A stretch of DNA of 64,000 nucleotides. Source: Gemmatimonadales bacterium. Lineage in GTDB: Bacteria > Gemmatimonadota > Gemmatimonadetes > Gemmatimonadales > GWC2-71-9. This document shows positions 19,854 through 28,080 of the stretch, piece by piece. Position 1 is the stretch's first letter; every line of letters starts with the position of its first letter. A model generated the notes under the pieces. The model was not told the origin of the DNA and ran no database searches. It was given only the letters and a program-made list of their open reading frames with translations. A program made the translations under genes and the position numbers. The stretch covers positions 43,997 through 107,996 of the forward strand of contig JBFJHJ010000005.1 in assembly GCA_041613315.1 (NCBI GenBank), written 5' to 3'.

Positions 19854-20282
19854 TCACTTCCACCGCTTGAGCCGCCCGAGCCGTGAAGTCGTGAGCGTCT
19901 CCGCCGCCGCACCCCGTGTCAGCACCAGCCGTGTGTTCGCGGCGCCCCAGCCCAGACCGGTGGGACCGATCCGGATCGTGCGCCGGCTCGCGCGGAGATC
20001 GACGCCGTGCCGGGCCGGGCCCGGTTGGGCAAAGAGCGGCGCGGTCTCCCGTCCCTCGCGCACCGCCCGCAGCGTGTCCGTCGCAAATTCCACGCGCACC
20101 CGCTCACTGCTGAAGATGGCGGCGAACCGGGCCCGGGTGTAGAACGTCGCCGTCTCGGCGGCGGCGCGCTCCGCGGCGAGCCGGTCGAGCCACGTGCCGA
20201 CGCGTGGCAGGAGCAGCAGCGAGAGCGCTCCCATCATTGAGAGTCCGACAATCAGTTCCGGCAGCGTGATCCCCCGTCGCAT
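19854..20282 (-). CDS. FimT/GspH-like minor pilin
   Basis: MRRG|ITLPELIV class III signal with Glu5; basic C-terminus SRLGRLKRWK. Confidence 0.85.
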   Translation of the reverse strand: MRRGITLPELIVGLSMMGALSLLLLPRVGTWLDRLAAERAAAETATFYTRARFAAIFSSERVRVEFATDTLRAVREGRETAPLFAQPGPARHGVDLRASRRTIRIGPTGLGWGAANTRLVLTRGAAAETLTTSRLGRLKRWK

Positions 20283-20363
20283 GGTCCATGATCACGGGGG
20301 TCTCGCGGAGCGGCGTCACCGTAACACCGCGTGGTCGGCGCGTTTCCGCCCACCACAGGCGCC

Positions 20364-20393
20364 GTGACGCGCGTCACAGTGACCCGGGTCACA
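20364..20393. promoter_or_regulatory. Two tandem CRP/FNR-type boxes (GTGA-N6-TCACA)
   Basis: Perfect palindromes GTGACGCGCGTCAC (20364-20377) and GTGACCCGGGTCAC (20379-20392). Confidence 0.55.
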
Positions 20394-20413
20394 GGTGCGC
20401 AGTCCGCACACCC

Positions 20414-20442
20414 TTGCCGGACCCCGAATCGCTGCACATACT
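20414..20442 (+). promoter_or_regulatory. Sigma70-type promoter for the TPR gene
   Basis: TTGCCG-17 nt-CATACT. Confidence 0.55.
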
Positions 20443-20531
20443 ACCCTGCCCTGTTCGAACCGGCTTCGGCCTTTCGTGAGGATTGGTGATCCGTGCCCCA
20501 CCACCGCGCCACCACAGCGGGCGTTGATGTC

Positions 20532-21758
20532 GTGAGCAACTTGCACGAGCCGTTTCTCCAGCGCGCCGCGACCGCGTCAACAGACCAAAGCGGAAGCGGC
20601 CACGCGTTGGGCGCGTTCCTGACGCTCCGCCTCGTGGATCAGTTCTTCGGAGCGCTGTACGACGGGCACGCCGACGCGCTCGCCTACCAGACGCAGGCGA
20701 CGCGCGACTTCCTGCGTGAATTGCACCCCCACACGGTCGAAACGAATCACCTCCTTGAGATCGTGCGCGTCGCCGACGGCGTACGTGCTTCCGGCAGCGT
20801 GCGGCTGATGTTCCCGCCGCTGCTCGCGTTTGCGTACTGGCTCGAGCAGGAGCTCCGGCTGGACGAATCGCTCGACGTGCTGGCGGCGACGTTGCAGTTG
20901 AGCAGCGGCGTCGAGGGAGAGGAAGAGGTGTCGGCGAATCTGCAGCGGGGACGCGTGCTACGGCTGCTCGGCCGCTTCCGGGAAGCGACCGACGCGTACG
21001 CGTGGGGCGGGCAAGTGGCGTCGCGACTCGGCGACCGCCATTCCGAGTTGCTGAGCCGGATCGGCCGGGCCATCGTCCTCCAGAAGACGGGCAACCTGCC
21101 CGAGTCGGAGCGGGTGCTGCGCCAGGTGCGCGCGGAAGCGAAGCAGTCGGGCGACCGTGACGCTGAGGCGCGCGCGTGCCACGACCTCGCCGTCGCGCTG
21201 CGGCACATGAACCGCGGCGATGAGGCCGCGCCGCTGGCGTTCCGCGCCTATCAGCTCTACGAGCAGCCGATCCAGCGGATGCGCGCGCTGAGCGATACGG
21301 GCGAGATTCTCAAAGCGATGGGGCATTACGGCGCGGCCAAGGACGCGTTCCTGAGCGTCATGCGCTCGGAGCCGCCCGCCGAGATTCGGTTGCGCACGGG
21401 CGTCGAGTTGTTGGAGCTGAGCGCGCTGTTGCAGGACCGAGTGTCGTTCGAACGCTGGCGGCGGGACGTCGGGGCGCACTATCACCGACTGCCGGCCGAC
21501 GAGTTGGTCGCTTACGAACTCAAGTTGGGCATGGGACTCGCGTCGTTTGAGCAGGAGGCGGAAGGCAAACGACACATCGAACGCGCGATGGTGCTGGCGG
21601 AGCAGTCGGGGCAGGGCCAGTGGGTCTTTCGCGCCGAGGCGGCGCTCGAGGAAATGCAACAGCGCCGCACCGAGTGTGTACCCCGTGCGGCGCCGGTTGC
21701 GGAGCCGGAGCTCCGTACTACGATCGAATCGCTACGCGCGCTGTACGCCGGCGCGTAA
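20532..21758 (+). CDS. Cytoplasmic all-helical TPR protein, candidate peptide receptor; alternative start 20493
   Basis: About 6-7 TPR-like units (ANLQRGRVLRLLGRFREA, ACHDLAVALRHMNRGDEA, ALSDTGEILKAMGHYGAA); no signal peptide or TM helix. Confidence 0.85.
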   Translation: MSNLHEPFLQRAATASTDQSGSGHALGAFLTLRLVDQFFGALYDGHADALAYQTQATRDFLRELHPHTVETNHLLEIVRVADGVRASGSVRLMFPPLLAFAYWLEQELRLDESLDVLAATLQLSSGVEGEEEVSANLQRGRVLRLLGRFREATDAYAWGGQVASRLGDRHSELLSRIGRAIVLQKTGNLPESERVLRQVRAEAKQSGDRDAEARACHDLAVALRHMNRGDEAAPLAFRAYQLYEQPIQRMRALSDTGEILKAMGHYGAAKDAFLSVMRSEPPAEIRLRTGVELLELSALLQDRVSFERWRRDVGAHYHRLPADELVAYELKLGMGLASFEQEAEGKRHIERAMVLAEQSGQGQWVFRAEAALEEMQQRRTECVPRAAPVAEPELRTTIESLRALYAGA

Positions 21759-21781
21759 GCTGACGCGTCGGCCGGCCTCGC

Positions 21782-21952
21782 TCAGGTGCCCGAGTTCTGG
21801 CTGCCCGAGGCGTTGAAGCAGCCCAGCGTTGTACCGGAGTTCTGAGAGCCGCTGCAGTCGAACACCGGGTCGGTCGGGGCGGTACATGCGGCGGCTCCAA
21901 GCGCAAGCGACGCGAGTACCGCCATCACGAAGAGACGGCCACGACGGGTCAT
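21782..21952 (-). CDS. 56-aa exported (lipo)peptide with duplicated SGSQNSGT motif, candidate signalling pro-peptide
   Basis: AGGAGGA RBS 5 nt upstream; basic n-region, hydrophobic h-region, LGAAAC lipobox-like site; octapeptide at residues 34-41 and 49-56. Confidence 0.8.
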   Translation of the reverse strand: MTRRGRLFVMAVLASLALGAAACTAPTDPVFDCSGSQNSGTTLGCFNASGSQNSGT

Positions 21953-22045
21953 GCTGATCCTCCTGGGGGTCGGGACGCGCCTTGGCGCTGGGGGCGCCGG
22001 CACTTCCGACTAAGGTGAGGGCCATCTTCCCGCCGGGCTAGGCCG

Positions 22046-22078
22046 TTTTTGGGACATCGGGTGCCTTTTTTGGGACAT
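22046..22078. promoter_or_regulatory. Direct repeat TTTTTGGGACAT x2 with 21-bp period, probable AraC-family operator
   Basis: Copies at 22046-22057 and 22067-22078, between the divergent peptide and AraC genes. Confidence 0.7.
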
Positions 22079-22080
22079 TC

Positions 22081-22887
22081 ATGCTCGTACTGGCCGCCGT
22101 CCCCCGAACTTCTGCCGCAAGGCTTCAGCACGCCGTCGGGAAGCGGTTTCGGTTCCTGATCGCGCAGAGCTGGGCGGAAGCCTTCGAGGCGATCCGCCGG
22201 GAACCGCTCGAGATGGCCGTCATGGACCCGAGCCTCGGCGGCCCGCCCCGGGGGCACGAGATCGAGCGCATCCGGATGCTGTTCCCGTCCCTCCCGCTGC
22301 TGCTCTACACCCGGCTCATTCCTGAGGTGGTACCGGTGCTGCTCCGCCTGGGGCAAGCCGGAATCCGCGAGGTGGTCGTGGCCGGCCACGACGATCACCC
22401 GCGTCGCCTGAGCGACGCCCTCCTCGGCGCGGCCGCCGGCACCCTGTCCCGCCGGCTCATCGAAGAGATGGAAGATGTGCTGGTGGGCTGTCCGGGCGAG
22501 TTAAAGTGGGCGATCGAGACGATGATTCGGGAGCCGGCGTCGTTTCACACAGTGCAGGACTTGGCGGACCGCGCAAGAATGGACCGTCGCACCTGCGCGC
22601 GCTGGTTCACCAAGGCGCAGCTGCCGCCACCGAGCGTCGTGTTGATGGTGTTCCGCGTGGTGTACGCTCACCGTCTGCTCCAGGATCCGGGGTACACCGT
22701 TGAGGACGTCGCGGCGAAGCTCGGGTACGCGAAGGCCCGCTCCTTCACCCAGAACGTGAAGGAAGTCTTCGGCATGACGCCGGGGGAGCTCAAGGTCGCG
22801 TTGAGCACCGAGGAGGCCCTGACGATCGTGCGGGAACGGCTCTTCGGTGAGCCGCCGACGGAAGCCGAATTGGCGAGCGCCTCATGA
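22081..22887 (+). CDS. AraC-family regulator with degenerate receiver-like N-terminal domain
   Basis: Two HTHs (TVQDLADRARMDRRT; TVEDVAAKLGY...FGMTP); N-terminal beta/alpha pattern with MAVMDP and PLLLYT. Confidence 0.88.
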   Translation: MLVLAAVPRTSAARLQHAVGKRFRFLIAQSWAEAFEAIRREPLEMAVMDPSLGGPPRGHEIERIRMLFPSLPLLLYTRLIPEVVPVLLRLGQAGIREVVVAGHDDHPRRLSDALLGAAAGTLSRRLIEEMEDVLVGCPGELKWAIETMIREPASFHTVQDLADRARMDRRTCARWFTKAQLPPPSVVLMVFRVVYAHRLLQDPGYTVEDVAAKLGYAKARSFTQNVKEVFGMTPGELKVALSTEEALTIVRERLFGEPPTEAELASAS

Positions 22888-23279
22888 GGCCCTACGCGAT
22901 CCTCATCGTCGACGACGAGCCCAGCATGCGTCGCGTCCTGCATCGCGCGATCACGATGGCCGGGTACGTCGGTCACACGGCCGCCAGCGGGGAGGAGGCG
23001 TGCGATCTGCTGCGCCACCACCACGTGGACGCGGTTCTCATGGACCTCCGCATGCCGAGCATGTCGGGGCAGACGCTGTACCACGTGATCGCCAGCCAGT
23101 GGCCCCAACTCGCCTCCCGGGTCGTCGTGATGAGCGGCGACAGCGACGCTCAGGACCATGCGGGGTGGCTCGAGCTCCACGCCCTGCCGGTCCTGGACAA
23201 ACCCTTCGAGCTGGGCAACATGCTCGCGGTGCTCCGGCGACTCTTCGTAGGTGAGCGCCGCGAGGCGAACGGACCGTAG
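22884..23279 (+). CDS. Single-domain response regulator
   Basis: ILIVDDE, MDLRMP, MSG, KPF; ATGA overlap with the AraC gene. Confidence 0.9.
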   Translation: MRPYAILIVDDEPSMRRVLHRAITMAGYVGHTAASGEEACDLLRHHHVDAVLMDLRMPSMSGQTLYHVIASQWPQLASRVVVMSGDSDAQDHAGWLELHALPVLDKPFELGNMLAVLRRLFVGERREANGP

Positions 23280-23281
23280 GG

Positions 23282-23983
23282 ATGGGCACGGCCGGCGCTC
23301 GGGCGGACGACCCCCTCTTCACGCTGCGGGAGTATCGCCAACTGGCGCCGTGGAACCTGCGGGATCTCGCGACGGTGGCGGGCGCGTTGCTCGACGCGTC
23401 CGGGGTTCGCCCGATCAACGCGGCTGCGAGCGCCCATCCGTCGGAACGAACGATCCGCTTCTACGTCACGCGCGGGCTCGTCGAACCTCCAGAGGGCCGG
23501 GGCACCGCCGCGACGTACACCTACCGGCATCTCTTGCAGGTCCTCGCCATCAAGCTCCGGCAGATGGAAGGGGCGACGTTGGCGGCGATCGGCACCGAGC
23601 TGCGAGAGACGACAGGGGACGTCCTCGAGCGCCGCGTCGCCGTCGCGCTGGGTCCGGGACTCCCCGGGCCGAACCGGCTGCCGCTCACGGGGACGGAGAC
23701 CGAGCCGCGCGGACGTGCGGGCCGCGCGTTCCGCACGGTGCTGGAGCCCGCGACGGCCGAGCCGGCCGGTGAACGCTCGGCGGCGAGCTGGCGCCGGCTC
23801 GAGGTCGCTCGCGGTGTGGAGCTCCACATCCGGGAGGACCATCCGTTGGCCCGGCTCACCGATCGCCAAGCGGAGCTCGCCGATGCCGTGCGCCTCACGG
23901 TGGGGCGCGTGCTCTCGCAGAACTGGTCCCCGCGCGCGGCGCCGGCCCCGGAGCCGGCCGAGCCCTCCGGCTTACGGTCCTGA
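23282..23983 (+). CDS. MerR-like HTH transcriptional regulator
   Basis: RTIRFYVTRGLV...YTYRHLLQVLAIKLRQMEGATLAAI. Confidence 0.8.
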   Translation: MGTAGARADDPLFTLREYRQLAPWNLRDLATVAGALLDASGVRPINAAASAHPSERTIRFYVTRGLVEPPEGRGTAATYTYRHLLQVLAIKLRQMEGATLAAIGTELRETTGDVLERRVAVALGPGLPGPNRLPLTGTETEPRGRAGRAFRTVLEPATAEPAGERSAASWRRLEVARGVELHIREDHPLARLTDRQAELADAVRLTVGRVLSQNWSPRAAPAPEPAEPSGLRS

Positions 23984-24032
23984 TCCGGGACCGCACGTCC
24001 TCACCACGCACGCCACGAGCTAGGAGTCACGG

Positions 24033-24653
24033 ATGACGATCGCCGGCTTGATCTTCCTCGCGCTCGTCGCGGCCGCCCTCGTCTGGGCGATCTCGGCGTA
24101 CAACGGGTTCATCTCGATGAAGGGGCAGACACTGAACGCGTGGAAGCAGATCGACGTGCAGCTCAAGCGGCGCCACGACCTGATCCCCAACCTAGTCCAG
24201 GCCGTCCGCGGCGCGATGGAGTTCGAGCGGGACACGCTCGAGGCGGTGATTCAGGCGCGCAATCAAGCCGTCAAGGTGCAGGCGAACGCCACGCCTACCG
24301 GCGGTGTCCAGGCGCTCGCCTCGGCCGAGGCGGCACTCGGGTCCGCATTGTCCCGCCTCAACGTCGTGGTGGAACGCTATCCCGACCTCAAGGCCACCGC
24401 GAACGTCGGGCAGCTCCAGGAGGAGCTCACGTCCACGGAGAACCGGGTGGCATTCGCCCGCCAGCTCTACAACGACGTGGGCACGACGTACAACATCCGG
24501 CAGCAACAGTTCCCGTGGAGCCTGATCGCGCCGTTCGCCAAGGCGGAGCGAGTCGAGTTGTGGGAGATCGTTGACGACGCCGAGCGCGCGGTCCCGAAGG
24601 TCGATCTCTCGCGGCGGGAACCGGGTCCGCCCTCCTTCAAACGGACGCAGTGA
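24033..24653 (+). CDS. lemA: LemA family protein
   Basis: N-terminal TM helix; YN, IDVQLKRRHDLIPNLV, ERYPDLKA, ENRVAFARQLYN. Confidence 0.93.
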   Translation: MTIAGLIFLALVAAALVWAISAYNGFISMKGQTLNAWKQIDVQLKRRHDLIPNLVQAVRGAMEFERDTLEAVIQARNQAVKVQANATPTGGVQALASAEAALGSALSRLNVVVERYPDLKATANVGQLQEELTSTENRVAFARQLYNDVGTTYNIRQQQFPWSLIAPFAKAERVELWEIVDDAERAVPKVDLSRREPGPPSFKRTQ

Positions 24654-25672
24654 CCGAGACCAATCTCTTCGCACAGCAGCGCGCCAATCGCCGCCGGTCC
24701 GCGACCCTGGTCACCCTGTTTCTTTTCTTCTTTGCCTGGGTCGGATTCGGCGGCGATCTCGTGTTCAGCGTGGCGACCCGGGACGGGCCGCCCGGCGCGT
24801 ACCACCATACAGTGCCGTGGCTCGGGATCGGCGCCACGATCCTCGGCATCGGTCTCGCCTGGTTCGGCTGGCGGCGCGGCCCGAAAGAGGTGCTCTGGGC
24901 AACCGGCGCCTGGCAGCTCATGTCGCCGTCCACGCCGCAAGAGCAGATGCTGCTCAACGTCGTTGAAGAGATGGCAATCGCCTCCGGCTTGCCGCGCCCG
25001 AGCATCTGGATCGTGCCGGACGCCGACCCGAACGCCTTCGCCACCGGCACCGACGAACACCACGCCCACGTCGCGGTGACCGAAGGCATGCTCGCCACGC
25101 TCACGCGGGACGAGCTCCAGGGCGTCGTGGCGCACGAAATGGCGCATATTCGCAATCACGACGTGAAGTTGATGACCCTGCTCGCGGCCCTGGTCGGCGT
25201 CATTGTGCTGATCTCAGACGGGTCGTGGCGTGTGATGCGCTACGGCGGCCGCGCGGGACGCTCGGGCCGCGGAGCGGGGCGTAAGGGCGGTGGCGCGGCC
25301 GTCGTGCTCCTCGTCCTCTGGCTCGTGACGCTCCTCGTGGCGCCGCTGATCTCGCGCCTCCTCGCGCTCGGCGTGAGTCGCAAGCGGGAGTACCTGGCGG
25401 ACGCCACCGGTGCGCAGTTCACGCGCAACCCGGGCGCCCTCGCCTCCGCCCTCCGACGCATCGAACATGCGGCGGCGCCGACCAAGGCGATCAAACGGGG
25501 CACCGCGCACCTCTGCATCGCGGACCCGCTCGGGCGCCGCATGACGCACAAGGAAGGGTTCGTCGCCAATCTCCTCGCGACGCACCCGCCCATGGCCGTG
25601 CGGATCGCCCGGCTCCGAGCCATGGCGTATCAATACGGGAAGACCGGCGTGCTCCCGGATATGACCGCCTGA
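24650..25672 (+). CDS. htpX: M48-family zinc metalloprotease (HtpX-like)
   Basis: PNAFATG, AHEMAH, REYLAD, THPP; classic lemA-htpX pair. Confidence 0.9.
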   Translation: MTETNLFAQQRANRRRSATLVTLFLFFFAWVGFGGDLVFSVATRDGPPGAYHHTVPWLGIGATILGIGLAWFGWRRGPKEVLWATGAWQLMSPSTPQEQMLLNVVEEMAIASGLPRPSIWIVPDADPNAFATGTDEHHAHVAVTEGMLATLTRDELQGVVAHEMAHIRNHDVKLMTLLAALVGVIVLISDGSWRVMRYGGRAGRSGRGAGRKGGGAAVVLLVLWLVTLLVAPLISRLLALGVSRKREYLADATGAQFTRNPGALASALRRIEHAAAPTKAIKRGTAHLCIADPLGRRMTHKEGFVANLLATHPPMAVRIARLRAMAYQYGKTGVLPDMTA

Positions 25673-25805
25673 CACCCGGCCTGCCGGCGAACGGGATAAC
25701 GCGAGAACGGCACGAGGCGATAGATTCCCGCATGCCGTCATCCCGTCAGGCGGTGCGCGGAGGGTCGCGTGTGGGCGACCGCCGCCGGCGCCGCCGGAGG
25801 CTCGC

Positions 25806-27284
25806 GTGAGCGTCCTCGACGGGGCGCTCTTCGCCCTGGCGGCCGCGCTCGCCGCCGTCCTCACCCTGTGGACCGTCCGTCGGACGCGCGAGGCCATCCG
25901 TCGCTGGTTCAGCCGCGCGGTCCTCCGCGCGGTGCATCAGTTCCGGGTCCGCCTCGATCGCTACAAGCTCGCCAGCAAGCGCACCGTCCGGGCCGCGCTG
26001 CTCGACGACCCCGTCGTCCACGAAGCGCTGCGGACCTACGCCCGGTCCCATGGCAGCACCGAGCTCGACGCCCGCGTACAGGTCGAGCGCTACGTGGACG
26101 AGATCGTGCCCTACTTCAACGTGCTGTCCTACTACCGGGTCGGTTACAACGTCGCCCGACTCTTCATCAACCTGCTGTACCGTGTGAGCGCCCAGTCCCG
26201 TGACCCCGCCAGCCTCGACGCGATTCCCCGACGCGACATCGTCGTCTACCTCATGAACCACCGCTCGAACGCGGACTACGTGGCGGTGGCGTACGTGCTG
26301 GCGCGGGCTGTGAGCATCAGTTACGCGGTGGGCGAGTGGGCACGCGTGTGGCCGCTGGAGTACGTGTTCAAGTCGTTCGGCGCGTACTTCGTCCGGCGGG
26401 GATTCCGCGACCCCCTCTACCACACCGTGCTCGAGCGATACGTCCGCCTCATCACCCGCCACGGGGTGACGCAGGGGATCTTCCTCGAAGGGGGGTTATC
26501 CCGAGACGGCGCCTTCCGGCCCGCCAAGATCGGTCTGCTCGACTACATCGCCCGCACGCTGGAGGCGCCGGGCTTCGAGCGGGACATCTGGCTCGTGCCG
26601 GTGGCCCTCAACTATGACCGCGTGCTCGAGGACCGGACCCTGATCGGCGAGCAGGTCGATGCACAGTATCGCCCCTCGCGGCTGCGGCAGTTGAGCGGCG
26701 TGGTGCGCTTCGTGACCGTCAATCTCCTGCGGCTCGTCACCGGTCGGCTGAGGCGCTATGGCCGGGTGGCGGTCGTGTTCGGCGCGCCCCTCTCCCTCCG
26801 CCAATGGACTGCCCGTGACCCGGGGCTCCTCCGGCGTCCCAAGGACGCCCGCCTGCCCGTCCTGCAGGAGCTCGCCGACGAGATGATGCGCCGAATCGCG
26901 GCCATCATGCCGGTGACGCCGGTCCCGTTGGTGGCGGCGGCGCTCCTCTCCTTCGGCGAGACGGTGGTGTGGCTGGCCGATCTGCGCCAGCGCGTCGCCA
27001 CCTACCGCGATCACCTGCTGCAGACCGGCGCTTGCCTCGTCCCGCCGGGGCGCGACGCCGAGAGCCTCCTCGATCGCGCCAGACGGATGCTCACCATGCG
27101 GCGGCTGGTCGTGGAGCAACGCGATGCCTGCGTGATCCTCCCCAGCCAGCGCCCGCTCCTCCAGTACTACGCGAACGCGATCCAGCATCTGTTGCCTCGT
27201 GAGGTACGAGTCCCCGAGATGCACCCGGCCCGCGTACCGGACGACGACCTCCCCGCGCTGCGCGCGTGGAAACCGCGGGCCTGA
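25806..27284 (+). CDS. Glycerol-3-phosphate acyltransferase (PlsB-like)
   Basis: NHRSNADY (HX4D), GAYFVRR, FLEGGLSRDG, YDRVLE. Confidence 0.85.
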   Translation: MSVLDGALFALAAALAAVLTLWTVRRTREAIRRWFSRAVLRAVHQFRVRLDRYKLASKRTVRAALLDDPVVHEALRTYARSHGSTELDARVQVERYVDEIVPYFNVLSYYRVGYNVARLFINLLYRVSAQSRDPASLDAIPRRDIVVYLMNHRSNADYVAVAYVLARAVSISYAVGEWARVWPLEYVFKSFGAYFVRRGFRDPLYHTVLERYVRLITRHGVTQGIFLEGGLSRDGAFRPAKIGLLDYIARTLEAPGFERDIWLVPVALNYDRVLEDRTLIGEQVDAQYRPSRLRQLSGVVRFVTVNLLRLVTGRLRRYGRVAVVFGAPLSLRQWTARDPGLLRRPKDARLPVLQELADEMMRRIAAIMPVTPVPLVAAALLSFGETVVWLADLRQRVATYRDHLLQTGACLVPPGRDAESLLDRARRMLTMRRLVVEQRDACVILPSQRPLLQYYANAIQHLLPREVRVPEMHPARVPDDDLPALRAWKPRA

Positions 27285-27331
27285 GACGGCGGCGGACGGC
27301 CGCGGGTGCGCCGCGGGCAGGACGCCGACGA

Positions 27332-27547
27332 TCACTCGTCCGCCACCGCCCCCGCCAGCCGTCGGAGCGCGGTTCGGGCGCGGCGCAGCTCCTCGCCGAT
27401 CGCTCGTGTGAAGACCAGCCGGCACTCGGGTACGAGCGGAAGCAATGCCGTCGCACACTCGATCGCGGTGAGGGTCGCGCACAGCTCCTGGAGCGCCGCG
27501 CGCCGCGTCCAGCTGTTGCCCGCTGGCATGGTGAACCACGGAGACAC
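27332..27547 (-). CDS. Small hypothetical helical protein
   Basis: Fills the gap; amphipathic helical composition; start uncertain. Confidence 0.35.
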   Translation of the reverse strand: MSPWFTMPAGNSWTRRAALQELCATLTAIECATALLPLVPECRLVFTRAIGEELRRARTALRRLAGAVADE

Positions 27548-27612
27548 CTCACCAGTGTAGCGTCGCTCCGTGCCGCACCGGGTACCCGATCGCTCCCATA
27601 CGGATCGAAAAA

Positions 27613-28026
27613 CTGAGTTACCGGTTTCTCCCCCACACCGCCGATCTGCGGGTCACGATCGACGCGCCGAGCCTCCCCGAGGTCTATGGCGACGCCACGT
27701 CGCTGGTGCGCGAACTGCTCGTCGGCGCGAGCCCTGTCATTCCGTCGGACCGGCGCACGATCGCGGTGACGGACACGAACGCCGCCGAGACGCTCCTCCA
27801 CTTTCTCCGTGAGCTGCTGTTTGCCTTCGAGAGTGACGGCTTCGTGCCGGCGCGCTTCGAGGTTGGGCGGGCCGACGAGCAGCACGTTCGTGGCGTCCTG
27901 CACGGCGAGCGGTTCGATCCGACGCGGCACGAGACGCAGCCCGAGGTGAAGGCGGTGACCCGCCACGGCCTGTGGCTGGAGCCATTGGAGAGCGGCTGGC
28001 GGGCGGAAGTGGTGTTCGACGTCTGA
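27613..28026 (+). CDS. Archease, probable non-canonical (CTG) start
   Basis: YRFLPHTADL N-terminal motif in frame from 27613; EVKAVTRH and terminal VVFDV; directly upstream of rtcB. Confidence 0.85.
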   Translation: MSYRFLPHTADLRVTIDAPSLPEVYGDATSLVRELLVGASPVIPSDRRTIAVTDTNAAETLLHFLRELLFAFESDGFVPARFEVGRADEQHVRGVLHGERFDPTRHETQPEVKAVTRHGLWLEPLESGWRAEVVFDV

Positions 28027-28080
28027 CCGTGAGGGGCGTCCGGTCCCTCGGCGGCGTGCCGCGCCCTGTATCTTTCACGT

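Noticed and set aside
21782..21952. RiPP precursor
   Set aside because: No radical SAM, YcaO, lanthipeptide or lasso enzymes or peptidase-transporter nearby; the N-terminus is a Sec/lipoprotein signal. Retained only as a minor alternative.
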